A stretch of 64,000 nucleotides of DNA from a bacterium (GCA_963669175.1 OY769902.1:4768001-4832000), one strand, 5' to 3'; shown: positions 19,506-30,193, counted from the first letter of the stretch. Numbers and translations are program-made. Notes: generated by a model not told the origin, from the sequence alone.

Positions 19506-20003
19506 CTATTCTCCGCCAATACCGAGTTCTTTCATCAGACGGTCGCGAGTACCATCATCCTGCACCAGTTCCTGGATCTTCTTTTTAAACGCCGGGACAT
19601 TACCCAACGGTCCCTTCAACGCCTTGAGCGCCTCACGAAGCTCGAGCATTGACTTCAGTTCAGGAACCTTCTTGATAATTTCATCGGGTTCAAAGTCACG
19701 CATGGATTTAAAATCCAGGTTGACCGAGAGCTGGGCGCCTTCTTCCGGGTTGTCTGAAAGCCGGTCTGCGACAGAGCCTTCAAACGTAACATTCTGGGCG
19801 GCAAGAACGTCGTTGAAGTTGTTTTTATCGACATTGATCGTCTTGCGATCTTCAACAGGCGTGTCATCTTCCCGGCTTGTAAAATCTCCCATCACCAGCA
19901 CCTTCAGGGGAAGTTCCACCTCTTCCTTGGCGTCGCCGGTTGCCGGGCGGTAGGTGATATTAACCCTTTCCTTCGGCGCTACCGACCCTGTTTTGTCCGC
20001 CAT
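19506..20003 (-). CDS. tssB: T6SS sheath small subunit TssB/VipA
   Basis: GSVAPKERVNITY...ELPLKVLVMGDF...LREALKALKGPLGN; ATG at 20003 with RBS ggagg. Confidence 0.97.
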   Translation of the reverse strand: MADKTGSVAPKERVNITYRPATGDAKEEVELPLKVLVMGDFTSREDDTPVEDRKTINVDKNNFNDVLAAQNVTFEGSVADRLSDNPEEGAQLSVNLDFKSMRDFEPDEIIKKVPELKSMLELREALKALKGPLGNVPAFKKKIQELVQDDGTRDRLMKELGIGGE

Positions 20004-20199
20004 CTTCGCCTCCTTGTCGTGAACTTTATCGTGTACAATTTTTGGTTGACCTAAACCGGGGCTGAGCAATATTGCCCCATATCCCCGGGAAGTCAATTAT
20101 CTCGCACGAAAAATCGTAAGCTCTCGGTTGGTATGGGATTTAGATCTCTTGGAGAAAAGCCGAAAATCCCAAATGCTCCCACATATTTCTGCACAGTGA

Positions 20200-21804
20200 C
20201 TACAATAACCCCAGCGCTCTCGCCGGATCAATTGCGGCAATCCGGTTTACAAGGCTTTCAATCCGAGCCAGAATCTCCTGAGCAGATGGTGTTTCCGGAT
20301 CAGTATCTTCGCCGATCTGCTTGCGCAAGCCTCGAAGCGCCAGTTCCAGCGAATCCGCCGCCAGTCCCGGCTCCCATTTTTCCACCTGGCTATCATCCAG
20401 CAAGTGCAAAACCTGATCGATATAGGGAATCATCAGACGAAAAGACCCAGACTTCAGCAGAAGCTTGCACATGGCATTGTTCCAGATCAAACGGTCCCGT
20501 CCGGAAGCAGCTTTATCAAGGCCAACTTTTACCAGTTTCAACGCATCCGCCGTTTTATTCTCCTTCAGTAGATCATACGCTTTTTTCAGAATATCCTCAA
20601 CTTCTTTCTCTATCGCGCTGCCACTTCCACCTTCTCCCGTTCCACCACCGGAAGCTTTTATCAGTTCCGCCAGCCATGCCCTGGTGTCCTCGTCAGCGAA
20701 AGCCATGCCATCGGAGAATCCCAAGTTTTCTATACCGGACAGACGCTTCACATAGGCGAGGGTTTCTTCACATACCACATCACTCGCTGCAGACAGTCCC
20801 AGTCCGTTTAACGCCTCAGCAACATAGCGGTTCAAATCCAGCCAGAAGAGGAACTCGGGGATACGTGATTCCGCCGCCTCAATCAGATCACGCCAATCCT
20901 GGTTGTTGTACAGGTTTCGGATTGCGCCAACCACCTGTTCATCCGGCGGCGGGATCATGGTTTGCATGCCTTCAGCCGGAGGCGGTGTGTTTACGGTCAT
21001 CCACGCAGCAAAACGATTTACACGGTATAACAGCGGATTGTCCAAACCTTCTTGCATCATTGCGTTTGATGCATGGCTCAGCAGGGTAATCGCATGTTGC
21101 AGGATTTGATCGCCACTCAAATCAGATGTATTCACAGGTGATGGCGGTAATGATCCTGACAGGGAAGGCTTCGGAGACGGCGCCTTTTTCGCTGATTCAG
21201 GCTTCTTTTCCGATTCCTTTGGCGCTTCTGCCGCCGGTTCATGATCAGCTTCGGGTTCAGGTTGTGCTTCTTCGGAAATTATAGTCCCGACCTGGTTGAT
21301 CAGGGATCGAAGGATAGGCGCATCATCCAGATTATCACCGAGGAAGCTGTCAAAGGTTGTCAGGTCATCCATCAAAACAGAGCGTTTGTCACTGGGCCAT
21401 ACAACCGGTTCCCAGCTTGCCACCATCGCCTCTGTTTTGTCCTTCCACCAGTTCACACTGTTCAAGCGTGCCTTGGCGCGCTTCTTCGGCGGGTACATGG
21501 TATCCCAATAAGTCTCCACGATATCACGAAGGATGTGGATGCCATCCGGGAAACCTTCCATGGATTTGGTTTCCAGCAACGCATGGGCAACATAAACCGC
21601 AACCTGGAAGTTCTTCGATTTCTCGCTTAATATGGTCTGACCAACCTTCAGAACCTTATCCCAATCGGTTGTCCCTTCCGCATTCAGGTTGGTCAGTTTG
21701 CCAATTTCTTCCTCAATTTCCTCCATTTCGGGCTCAAACTTGATATCCTCACCGACAGGATTGTCACCCGGAATCGGTTCTTTGCCTAAATCCCTGATAT
21801 CCAT
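20200..21804 (-). CDS. tssA: T6SS TssA (ImpA_N domain plus C-terminal VasJ-like region)
   Basis: 534 aa. LGKEPIPGDNPVGEDIK...SKNFQVAVY...YWDTMYP, Pro/Glu/Lys linker, FWLDLNRY. Confidence 0.9.
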   Translation of the reverse strand: MDIRDLGKEPIPGDNPVGEDIKFEPEMEEIEEEIGKLTNLNAEGTTDWDKVLKVGQTILSEKSKNFQVAVYVAHALLETKSMEGFPDGIHILRDIVETYWDTMYPPKKRAKARLNSVNWWKDKTEAMVASWEPVVWPSDKRSVLMDDLTTFDSFLGDNLDDAPILRSLINQVGTIISEEAQPEPEADHEPAAEAPKESEKKPESAKKAPSPKPSLSGSLPPSPVNTSDLSGDQILQHAITLLSHASNAMMQEGLDNPLLYRVNRFAAWMTVNTPPPAEGMQTMIPPPDEQVVGAIRNLYNNQDWRDLIEAAESRIPEFLFWLDLNRYVAEALNGLGLSAASDVVCEETLAYVKRLSGIENLGFSDGMAFADEDTRAWLAELIKASGGGTGEGGSGSAIEKEVEDILKKAYDLLKENKTADALKLVKVGLDKAASGRDRLIWNNAMCKLLLKSGSFRLMIPYIDQVLHLLDDSQVEKWEPGLAADSLELALRGLRKQIGEDTDPETPSAQEILARIESLVNRIAAIDPARALGLL

Positions 21805-21886
21805 GAAATACTCCGTTAGCCCGCAAAACCTCTACTTCACAACCTGCTGTACCATCCCTTCAGTGTGGGATTTTATTTGAACGAAA

Positions 21887-22582
21887 TCAACCAAACAATA
21901 CTTTGAAATCCGTAACCCGTAGTGGCCGGTACAACATGACCATCCGTTCATGCTGTTCATCAATAAAAACCGCATAAGGGTGTATAGTCATAAGTTGACG
22001 GCACCGGCGTTGCCAGACAATTGCCTGACGTACTACGGATTCGCCGGGCTGGTCCAGCTTAATGACAACCTGTTCAGAATTGATTGATCGTTCCAGCTCG
22101 AGTCGCCAGGACTCGGCCGAGTGTTCTACACTCTGGAAACTGTCCCAGTCATCGGAAACGGATTCAGGGGGAGGCAGCTCTGTCACAGCCTGGGATAATT
22201 CTTCAACATTGGAAATATATTTTCCTTGCGCAACCTCATGTAACGCATTCCATGGTTCTCGACAGGCTGTATTTAACGCTTCCCAGTTCTTTTCATCGAT
22301 TTCAAGTTGCCCCTGCGCAGCAATAATCAGGGGATAACGACGGTCCACATGATCACGTCCAATGCCGACAACCCCACAAATCAACCGATTCGCAGCTCCC
22401 GGCATCAGCCAGAAAGACAACATGGAATCCTTCACATGGTAATCGCTATGCACCAACTGCTGATACCCCGCTCGCGCCCAATCAATGAGCGGCTCGTTTT
22501 CATAGAGCTTCTTCCCCAGGGAAATGTATTCCGTGCTGCAGGGATGTTTACCCCAGAGAATATAATGCCAGTCTTTACTCAT
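21887..22582 (-). CDS. tagF: T6SS-associated TagF (DUF2094-like)
   Basis: WGKHP...EYI and GRDHVDRRYPL motifs; overlaps the tssM stop. Confidence 0.8.
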   Translation of the reverse strand: MSKDWHYILWGKHPCSTEYISLGKKLYENEPLIDWARAGYQQLVHSDYHVKDSMLSFWLMPGAANRLICGVVGIGRDHVDRRYPLIIAAQGQLEIDEKNWEALNTACREPWNALHEVAQGKYISNVEELSQAVTELPPPESVSDDWDSFQSVEHSAESWRLELERSINSEQVVIKLDQPGESVVRQAIVWQRRCRQLMTIHPYAVFIDEQHERMVMLYRPLRVTDFKVLFG

Positions 22583-25500
22583 GGGTTCCGTACTTTTCGA
22601 CAATTGTTAAGGGCACCCCGGTCGGCACCATGTTCAACACGGCAATCGCGTTATCCGCATCGGTGATTTTATAGGACACCTTTATCCAGTCAATTTTCAT
22701 ATCCGCCAACGGCTGCCGTTGCCCCGGCGGGAAATCGTCAACCGTGAAGGCACGGCTGCCTGTCTTGAAATCATCCAGGAAACGAGCAAAAGCAAACTTG
22801 CCGGTATACCGTTTGGTGAAGCTGACTCCGGGCAGTTCTATGGTCAGAATTACGTCCCCACACTTGTCCGGCTTCCAGGTGAATGTCGATTGCTGCGGGT
22901 AGTTGTAATTGTCCAGCCGCATATCGCCATCACGTGAACTGAGTACGATACTGTTTGAAACCGGCTCACTGGTTGCGCCCTTGTTTACCTGTAACGGCAC
23001 AGTCTCAAGGGTCACCTGGTATTCTTCCTCATAGTTGATTGTACCGACACGGCCATTGTTGAGGAATGTAAACAACTCGTCTTTGAACGGGATCTTGTAG
23101 CTTAACGCTTCGGCAGCGTAATACCCCGACTGATTCCTTCCGATGAACGGTCCGGCGGTCGTATTGACGAAGTTCCAGACCACACCGGAGTTGGGATCAA
23201 ACAGGATTGTCGCCAGTTTGTCCGGGTCAACACCCTGCGTCGCGCTGACAACCTGTGATGTCCACTGCTCCTGAAGAAGTTTGGTCGTTACACCAAATCC
23301 ATAATCAAGCAGGTAGCTCAAGGGGCCTTCGGTCAAATCCCAGACAAATTGCTGATCCCCGAAATTTCGGGCCAGGCTTTTGTATTTGAAAAACTCTGAA
23401 TAGGCTGTCTCAAATGCCTGTCCACTGCTGCCGCCATCACCTCCTGCCGCTCCCTGGCCCCCCTGCTTGTCATCGCCACCCTGGCTGATGGCAGGATATG
23501 CCTGTGATACCATCTTGAAGCAGCTTTCATTCGAGGTAATCAATGGATTGAGCTTGGCCAGGGCATCCAGGTAATCACCCCAGGCCTTGGCTGCTTCAAT
23601 CTCCAGCTCAAGCTGCTGGAAGCCCTTTTCATTGGTCTTTTCCAGCGTTTCCAACTGGGTTGATTGGGTCTTCTCCTGCAATTTCCCCTGCAGATTGGCG
23701 CTTTCGATCATCTTCTGTTTTTTCCACTGATCTTCGATCTTCTGAATTTCGATAACCAGATCAGCCCAGGGCGGAAGTTGAATCGATTTCGGAAACGCGG
23801 TGAACTCATCGTGCATGCGTTGGATCAGGCGTGTGTAGGGGTTCTGCTGTGTAACCATCATTGTCGCAAGATGCTGATGCTCGGTATAGCTGGTTGTGGC
23901 GGGCGATCCCTCATCAAATCGCACCACGAACTGTTCCCAATATTCGAAAGTTCTCCGGTTATACCAGCTCCAGAAATCATCACGTTTTCTGCCGAACGCC
24001 GCGGTGTCTTCCAACGCGCCCTGTACAAGCTTGATAAAGTCAAAGATGTTCTGATACCCTTGAGCGGTAAACCCTCCGGGGACAACCGGGATGGCGTTCT
24101 GCGCGTTGGCCCGCGCTTGCACCGCTTCATCTCCCCAGAACTTGTTCAGCGTTACTGACGGTATATCATGGACCCAATTGTCCGCCAACCAGTCCAGATT
24201 TTCGCTTTCCTCGTTGAGAATCATGCCGATTTGGTATTGCAGCTTGTCGTATTTCCCCTTGAGAACCGTCTCCTCATTCTGCCATTGCAGGTACGCGACA
24301 TAGGCATCGCCAAACAGGTACGCATTCTCAGGATGAACATGGTTTTCCTGGATCAGCAGCTTGGCGGCAATCTTCTGGAATTTGTCCTCGAGAACCGGTG
24401 TCTTATGATGCAGACGATCCCGCAGCAGCATAATTCGCACAATCGAAAATGCGACATAGTTGGCTTCGAACTGCGACGTGACCCCATCCCCGTACTCGTC
24501 CGACAAATGCGCATCAAACTTACGATCCAGCGCTTGCATGAAATGTTCTTCAAACAGGTCCGAGTAGTTCAGTTTAAGCCTTTCCTCCACCCCTTTACTC
24601 TGGGTTAATCCGAAACGGGGAAGAATCCAGCCTGAATTGGCGCCGTGAATCCGTTCGATTTCAGTCCTGAAGTGATCAAACAGAAGCAGGTTGGCATTGA
24701 TATCCTCGGACAAATCCTTTGGATCAAAATACGATGCGCCAAACTGGTGAATTCGTACATTCATCAGGAAAGAATAGGTCAACAATCCGGACAGGCAGAC
24801 CCAGATTAAAACCCAGCTCAACAGCTTGAGATTGCCGGTAATGCGCTTCCAGGTTACATACTCCCTGATCGGTGTAAACAGGTATCGGTCAGCGGGTAAG
24901 ACGCTGCGGAATATTTCAACCAGGAACCTGCCAGATTCGGCGGTACGTTGTTGCGGTTGCGGAGCGCCAAAAGTCTCAGAATAAGCTTCAATCGGCTCAC
25001 CGCTTTCACGTCCATAGGAAAGATACATCCCACGCAGCATGGGCGCTTCCTGGTACAGGTTATCCTCAAAAGCCGCCTTCATGAAGAGACTCAGATGCGG
25101 GAATAACCCCTCCAGACGTACCGGGAAAAGATGCACTTCAGGCCGAACATTCTGCTCTTTGTGTACAATGGTCAAGCGCAGATCGCGAATGTTTTTCCCG
25201 ATAACCGCAGCGCCCTGGTTAAAGATGTTTTCCCAGTGGTCTTCCAGGTGTTCATGGGTATACCCCATCGCCTGGGAAAGCAGATCGTTTGGAAGGACAT
25301 CACTGAATTGAGTCATGCCCAGGATGCGGTCCATCTTCGTAACAAGCACATATACCGGGAACCTGTTCCCGAGTACTTTCATTACCTGTTCAATGCGTTT
25401 CCGTGCCGCCAGCGCTTCGTTGCGAATCGCCTTTTCATCGCCTTCCATCAGCTTGTCAGCGGCAACAGTTACGACAATCCCGTTGATCGGTTCCTTCTTC

Positions 25501-26093
25501 CGGTATTTCGCCAGCAGGACAAGGAAGTTTTCCCATTCTTCACGGTCACGTATGTCATCAACATGCACGGTATATCTACCAGCAGTATCGATGACCACGG
25601 CTTCCTCGAAGAACCACCAGTCGCAGTTACGTGTCCCGCTGAGCCCGGACAAATGGCCGATTTCAGTCAGGGGCGCAGCGATGTCGATATTCTTCAGCGC
25701 AGTGGTTTTACCGGAACCGGATTCCCCGATAACCAGGTACCAGGGCAGCGCATAGAGAGGATTGCCATGCTTGCGTAAATCGGACTGTTGCAGGGCATCA
25801 ACCGCTTCTTTCCACTTGGCCTGCAATTCACGCAACTTCTGGCGTTCATGCAACGGCGCGCCCTGTATGGCAGCTTCATCCTGTTCAATGACACGTTTGA
25901 CAAATTCACGTTCACGTCTTCGGAAAATCAGACGTTTCAGATACCAGATGCCAAACACAACCGCCAGCGCCCCCAGCAGGATGACAACACCCACCCACCA
26001 GTGCCAGTGCTTCCACCAGATACCGTACACGATCAGCCCAATTACCGCGAGGGCATACAGTACGATCAGCAGTATGGTGAAAAACTTTTTCAT
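22575..26093 (-). CDS. tssM: T6SS membrane complex TssM/IcmF
   Basis: 1172 aa. N-terminal TM helices, LPWYLVIGESGSGKTT, CDWWFF...IDTAGRY and PVYVLVTKMD motifs. Confidence 0.95.
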   Translation of the reverse strand: MKKFFTILLIVLYALAVIGLIVYGIWWKHWHWWVGVVILLGALAVVFGIWYLKRLIFRRREREFVKRVIEQDEAAIQGAPLHERQKLRELQAKWKEAVDALQQSDLRKHGNPLYALPWYLVIGESGSGKTTALKNIDIAAPLTEIGHLSGLSGTRNCDWWFFEEAVVIDTAGRYTVHVDDIRDREEWENFLVLLAKYRKKEPINGIVVTVAADKLMEGDEKAIRNEALAARKRIEQVMKVLGNRFPVYVLVTKMDRILGMTQFSDVLPNDLLSQAMGYTHEHLEDHWENIFNQGAAVIGKNIRDLRLTIVHKEQNVRPEVHLFPVRLEGLFPHLSLFMKAAFEDNLYQEAPMLRGMYLSYGRESGEPIEAYSETFGAPQPQQRTAESGRFLVEIFRSVLPADRYLFTPIREYVTWKRITGNLKLLSWVLIWVCLSGLLTYSFLMNVRIHQFGASYFDPKDLSEDINANLLLFDHFRTEIERIHGANSGWILPRFGLTQSKGVEERLKLNYSDLFEEHFMQALDRKFDAHLSDEYGDGVTSQFEANYVAFSIVRIMLLRDRLHHKTPVLEDKFQKIAAKLLIQENHVHPENAYLFGDAYVAYLQWQNEETVLKGKYDKLQYQIGMILNEESENLDWLADNWVHDIPSVTLNKFWGDEAVQARANAQNAIPVVPGGFTAQGYQNIFDFIKLVQGALEDTAAFGRKRDDFWSWYNRRTFEYWEQFVVRFDEGSPATTSYTEHQHLATMMVTQQNPYTRLIQRMHDEFTAFPKSIQLPPWADLVIEIQKIEDQWKKQKMIESANLQGKLQEKTQSTQLETLEKTNEKGFQQLELEIEAAKAWGDYLDALAKLNPLITSNESCFKMVSQAYPAISQGGDDKQGGQGAAGGDGGSSGQAFETAYSEFFKYKSLARNFGDQQFVWDLTEGPLSYLLDYGFGVTTKLLQEQWTSQVVSATQGVDPDKLATILFDPNSGVVWNFVNTTAGPFIGRNQSGYYAAEALSYKIPFKDELFTFLNNGRVGTINYEEEYQVTLETVPLQVNKGATSEPVSNSIVLSSRDGDMRLDNYNYPQQSTFTWKPDKCGDVILTIELPGVSFTKRYTGKFAFARFLDDFKTGSRAFTVDDFPPGQRQPLADMKIDWIKVSYKITDADNAIAVLNMVPTGVPLTIVEKYGTHE

Positions 26094-26115
26094 GTGACGG
26101 TTGTTTTACGCCTTT

Positions 26116-26772
26116 TTAACCACTGAACAGGTTATCGATCAAGGTTCGCAAAATGTTGAAGTATAACAGGTACAACCCGGCGAAAATCCCAACCGGAACC
26201 ACCATGGTTACCAGGGTGAAGAATGACAGCCTGTGTTTCCGCCGTGTCGGTGCATTATCCACACCGGCATACGCTTCCGGGAACAAGCGTCCCGGATAAT
26301 CCACATTGGCTTCGCCGGTGATGTAGCGAAGGTTTTCGGCTGAAATACCCAGACGGTCGTTTTCATCTTCACGACGGTAGTATTTTCCACGAAACCCAAG
26401 CGCCAGGCAGTATTCATAGACTTCGCGCAGCTCACGTGCATCCTGATGAAGATGATGCAATCGTTCGTAGAACTCACGCCCCGCGTTGCTGGTATGAAAC
26501 ATGCTGCGCTGAAGCGAGTTCCGTTGCCATGCGCGTGACCCGGCCCATGAGCTGTTGATCAAAGATTCGTCAATCCAGGAAATCACAGCGAAGGTTGCAT
26601 GGTTGATGTTCTCCGGGGATACTCCAGCTCGATCGCAACCATCTTTCGCCTGTTCCAGCAGCACATCGATCGCCGCGCGCACAGACTCGCCGTCCAGCTC
26701 CGGCTTGCTCCTGTTTCGCAATACGTAAACGGTGTAGGCGAAAACTTTCGCGTAATGATCGATGATGCGCAT
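26116..26772 (-). CDS. tssL: T6SS TssL/DotU (no OmpA domain)
   Basis: 218 aa. WIDE...W...LQ...NAGREFY, CLALGFRGKY, single C-terminal TM. Confidence 0.92.
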   Translation of the reverse strand: MRIIDHYAKVFAYTVYVLRNRSKPELDGESVRAAIDVLLEQAKDGCDRAGVSPENINHATFAVISWIDESLINSSWAGSRAWQRNSLQRSMFHTSNAGREFYERLHHLHQDARELREVYEYCLALGFRGKYYRREDENDRLGISAENLRYITGEANVDYPGRLFPEAYAGVDNAPTRRKHRLSFFTLVTMVVPVGIFAGLYLLYFNILRTLIDNLFSG

Positions 26773-26798
26773 CGTTGCTCTGTAGTAAAAAGTATACA

Positions 26799-27053
26799 GT
26801 GAAAAAAGTAAAAAAAGTGAAAAAAGAATGATTGTGTATGAAAGTCTACAAGTTTGAAAGTTACAAAGTTGTAAAGTTGTAAAGTTCTAAAGTTCTAAAG
26901 CTCTAAAGCTCTAAAGCTCTATAGTTCTAAAGTTATTCAATAACACAATCTTAATCGAATTCAAATACAAACAACAGTAATCAAATCTCTTTTTTAATTC
27001 TTAATTCTACTTATCAATTCCTAATTCCTAATTCCTAATTATTAATTCCTAAT
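26799..27053. repeat. Low-complexity tandem repeats in the tssK-tssL spacer
   Basis: gtgaaaaaa 9-mers, ~10 degenerate 8-mers (taaagttg/taaagttc/taaagctc) and aattcct 7-mers. Confidence 0.85.
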
Positions 27054-28444
27054 TACAGTTTAAGCACCACCAGTTCCGCCTTGGCGTCTTCCGGCGCCTG
27101 GTCCCAGAACATGGCGATGTTCTGGCGTTGACGGATTTCTGTCCACTCCTCATGCCGTGTGTTCAGCTTGAAATAGAAGGCATCATCTCGCTTGGGCAAT
27201 CCCGGCGGCGGCACCACGCTGTAATCCACGGATACCCCCGGAAGCGCACGACTGACCAGTACAGGCGTCTGCTGCTTGCTGCTGATTTTGGTCGCGGTGG
27301 ACATCTGGTCAATCAACTCGTCCTTGACCATATCCGCTATGATCACCAGGTAGAACTCGTTGTCCGGCCCCATCATGTCAACTGGGATATCACCGCTGAA
27401 GGTATCTTCCTCACGTGTCAACTTGATCACATTATCCGGGCCGATCAGGATCGCACGCATCAGCTCCTGCACCAGAACCTGGCATTCATGGAAGCAATAA
27501 CCGAGGTTTTCATGGTCATAAGCCGGAACCAGGTCCTTCCCATTGGCAAGTCTGCCGAACACATCCACACGGTCCGTAAAGGAACTGATCTCACCGATTA
27601 GCTGGCGAAGCAAACCATAAACCTGCCAGGGATGAATCAGGGGAGTTTCTGTCAAATGGTGCAGCAGGGGGATATACTTGTTCAATGATGTCAGCACCAT
27701 CATGTAGATCATAAAGTTGTGATCATATACCGCCTTACGTGTATTGATCGGGCTCTTATACTGTTCGAGCTGATGCCCGCGAGTGGCGACCTGTTCACGA
27801 ATATTCTTCACGATCTGCAACAGGATTTCGCTGCCATTGAGGAAAATGGTTGGCGGCACAAAATCTTCTGCCAGGGTGACATCATCGCCATCGAAAACAA
27901 TCTTTGCAACCGGCAGCAGCTCCCATTCGGACAATTCAGCGATCTCATCTTCCCAGAAAATGCGCAGGTTATACATCATGCGACGCATCTGGGCGATGGA
28001 ACCATGCTCGAAGATGTCTCGCACATCCTCCGGATCGGGATCATAGGTCCAGCGAGTTGTAATTTCCCCGCTGTTCTGTGAACTCTTCAGTTCGGTGATA
28101 TTATTCTCGGTCTGCTTTTGCCGTGCGATCCCGAGATACGCCTTCAGTGGTTTGCCTTCCTTGTATTCCTTGTCGGCGAAGGAACGTGGCTGCACACGTG
28201 TGTTATCGGGAACAGCCACCCAGGTGCCATCACGAAATAAAAACTCCCCGTTCTCGATTTCCAGCATTTCATTCTTCAGGGCAGCTTCATGAACCGTAAT
28301 GTTCAGCACTCCCCAGAAGTACGGTTCCCGCATGGCAACCATTCGCTTGAAAACACCGTGTGAACGCATTTCCATCTGCTGGAAATGTTGAGGTTGCAGG
28401 AACAATCCCTGGTGCCAGTAAATCGGCTTGACAGCTCTGTTCAT
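27053..28444 (-). CDS. tssK: T6SS baseplate TssK
   Basis: 463 aa. IYWHQGLFLQPQHFQQ, HPWQVY and ALPGV motifs. Confidence 0.95.
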   Translation of the reverse strand: MNRAVKPIYWHQGLFLQPQHFQQMEMRSHGVFKRMVAMREPYFWGVLNITVHEAALKNEMLEIENGEFLFRDGTWVAVPDNTRVQPRSFADKEYKEGKPLKAYLGIARQKQTENNITELKSSQNSGEITTRWTYDPDPEDVRDIFEHGSIAQMRRMMYNLRIFWEDEIAELSEWELLPVAKIVFDGDDVTLAEDFVPPTIFLNGSEILLQIVKNIREQVATRGHQLEQYKSPINTRKAVYDHNFMIYMMVLTSLNKYIPLLHHLTETPLIHPWQVYGLLRQLIGEISSFTDRVDVFGRLANGKDLVPAYDHENLGYCFHECQVLVQELMRAILIGPDNVIKLTREEDTFSGDIPVDMMGPDNEFYLVIIADMVKDELIDQMSTATKISSKQQTPVLVSRALPGVSVDYSVVPPPGLPKRDDAFYFKLNTRHEEWTEIRQRQNIAMFWDQAPEDAKAELVVLKL

Positions 28445-29010
28445 TTGACGTTCACCTCACGAATGTTGTCCGGTCCGAAAATGAATTCAATCACCAGTTG
28501 ATCCACCAGCGTAACCGTGTTGTTCTTGAACACGCCCTGCTTGCTGGTTGATGTGGGTATTGAAAACAGATGGTCCACCTGCCCGGGTTGCAGAGAATAG
28601 TATCCAGTCAAAACTGCTACATATTGCGCGTCCTTGGAACGATCCAGCTCGATCGCATCCAGGTCGCCCGGCTTTATTGTAAAATCCTGATAGATCAGGA
28701 ACGAAGGATCGGGATAACCACCCGCAAGCAGGGTTCGCAAGCCATCCTGAGTCGTAACCAGTTGCTTGTACGTTTTCGTATCGGAAAGCTGGTATACAAC
28801 CATGCGGAGCGTGTGGGCTTCCTCATCAAAACGATTCAGCAGTGAATCCGCTTCAAACTCGACAACAATGCCATTGGTCTGAAAACCCCAGTCCGGTCCA
28901 ATGGAGCGTTGCGTGTAACAACCGGCGACCAGCAGCCCCGCCAGGAAACCGACCAGGCAAAGTCGCGGGAGTACACTTGCAATACGCTGTTTGTGTTCGT
29001 GTAACCTCAT
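28441..29010 (-). CDS. tssJ: T6SS lipoprotein TssJ
   Basis: Lipobox LVAGC; ADSLLN...VVYQLSD...AVLTGYY; 4-bp overlap with tssK. Confidence 0.88.
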   Translation of the reverse strand: MRLHEHKQRIASVLPRLCLVGFLAGLLVAGCYTQRSIGPDWGFQTNGIVVEFEADSLLNRFDEEAHTLRMVVYQLSDTKTYKQLVTTQDGLRTLLAGGYPDPSFLIYQDFTIKPGDLDAIELDRSKDAQYVAVLTGYYSLQPGQVDHLFSIPTSTSKQGVFKNNTVTLVDQLVIEFIFGPDNIREVNVK

Positions 29011-29540
29011 TGGCTTCCGATTTGGAAATGGTCAGATGTGCCCACAGTTCTCCCCTATAAGAAGAAAAGGTACAAGAAGCGCTGAGATAATGCAACTGGA
29101 CAACTACGATACATGCAAGTAATTGGCACACTTTTATAATACTTATCCTGTTCTTTTTACAGCAGTTAATACATTTCCTCCCATTCCGACAAGATGCTTT
29201 CAGGCTGTTCCACTCAAATCCTGCTCAAACAGTTCCCTACTTCTTGATTATGTTTCAGATAGGTGCTGTGGAAGCGCGTTTTCACAAGGTATCTTAAAGC
29301 CAATTCTGCTTATGGTTTGTTATTTATCAAGTTAGCCGTTTTCATGAAAAGGCTGACATTTTTGTGGTGTGTTAATCTGATACCTATGACTTCTATGAAG
29401 TTTGAAAGTTGAAAAGTTCTAAAGTCATTGTCCCGATGCGCTCATGAATTTTCCAGGAAATCAGCAGAAGTGTGAATATTCCTGCTGCAACAAACATGGA
29501 ACACACACAACCTGCGGATCGGCCACCCTCGTAGAAGTTT

Positions 29541-29611
29541 GAAAGTTGGAAAGTTGGAAAGTTGGAAAGTTGGAAAGTTGGAAAGTTGGAAAGTTGGAAA
29601 GTTGGAAAGTT
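29541..29611. repeat. Perfect 8-bp microsatellite (gaaagttg)x8+
   Basis: 8 full units plus 7 nt, upstream of the T6SS operon. Confidence 0.95.
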
Positions 29612-29673
29612 CAAAAGTTATTCTGTCATCCCCGACTTGATCGGGGATCTCGAGATTCGATGTGAGTATCCTT

Positions 29674-29832
29674 TTGGCCCCGTCGGCTTGAAGTCGCCGT
29701 AGCTTGCGAAGGGAAAGTTCTACAGTACATAAGTTCTAAAGCTATTGTTTTGGCCCCGCCGGCTTGAAGTCGCCGTAGCTTGCGAAGGCGACTGCCCGGC
29801 GGGGTTTATTCTAACAAGAGAATCAGTCCTTC
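29674..29832 (+). repeat. Duplicated ggccccg..ggcttgaagtcgccgtagcttgcgaagg repeat
   Basis: Two copies (~29674 and ~29750); the second aligns with 5950-6032 through gagaatca..ccttc. Confidence 0.7.
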
Positions 29833-30066
29833 TGTTTTCATCTTTTGAGGCTGGAAGATCTTGTCCCGATGCACTCACAGTTCAACGAAGAAGTAAGTAA
29901 ATGCGATACTATTTCTGCGATTGCATGAGTGGAAGCATCCAAACCTGCGGATCGGCCACTCTTGAGCAAGTTTAAAAGTTGACAAGAAGTTGACAAGTTG
30001 GAAAGTTCTAAAGTTATTAAATACAGGTTGTTTATCCTTATCATCCTTGCCATCCTGTACATTCAA

Positions 30067-30193
30067 CTCGAGATCCCCGGTCAAGCCGGGGATGACATGT
30101 AGCCGGGGATGACATGTAGCCGGGGATGACATATGACAAGCCGGGGATGACATATGACAAGCCGGGGATGACATGTAGCCGGGGACGACATGT
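30067..30193 (-). repeat. GTCATCCCCG REP-like element with six tandem arms (17- and 21-bp units)
   Basis: gccgggga(t/c)gacat x6 attached to ctcgagatccccggtcaagccgggga. Confidence 0.85.

Noticed and set aside
19506-20096. Longer ORF-track starts for tssB, hcp, tssE, tagF, the OmpA gene and the 44248 kinase
   Set aside because: Downstream ATGs fit family N-termini, RBS or signal-peptide positions better than the upstream alternative starts.
29108-29140. Sigma-54 promoter for the T6SS (tggcac)
   Set aside because: tggcac is on the wrong strand for tssJ and lacks TTGC at -12. The tggcccga..ttgc arms of the ~97-bp element have GG-N8/9-GC rather than N10 spacing.
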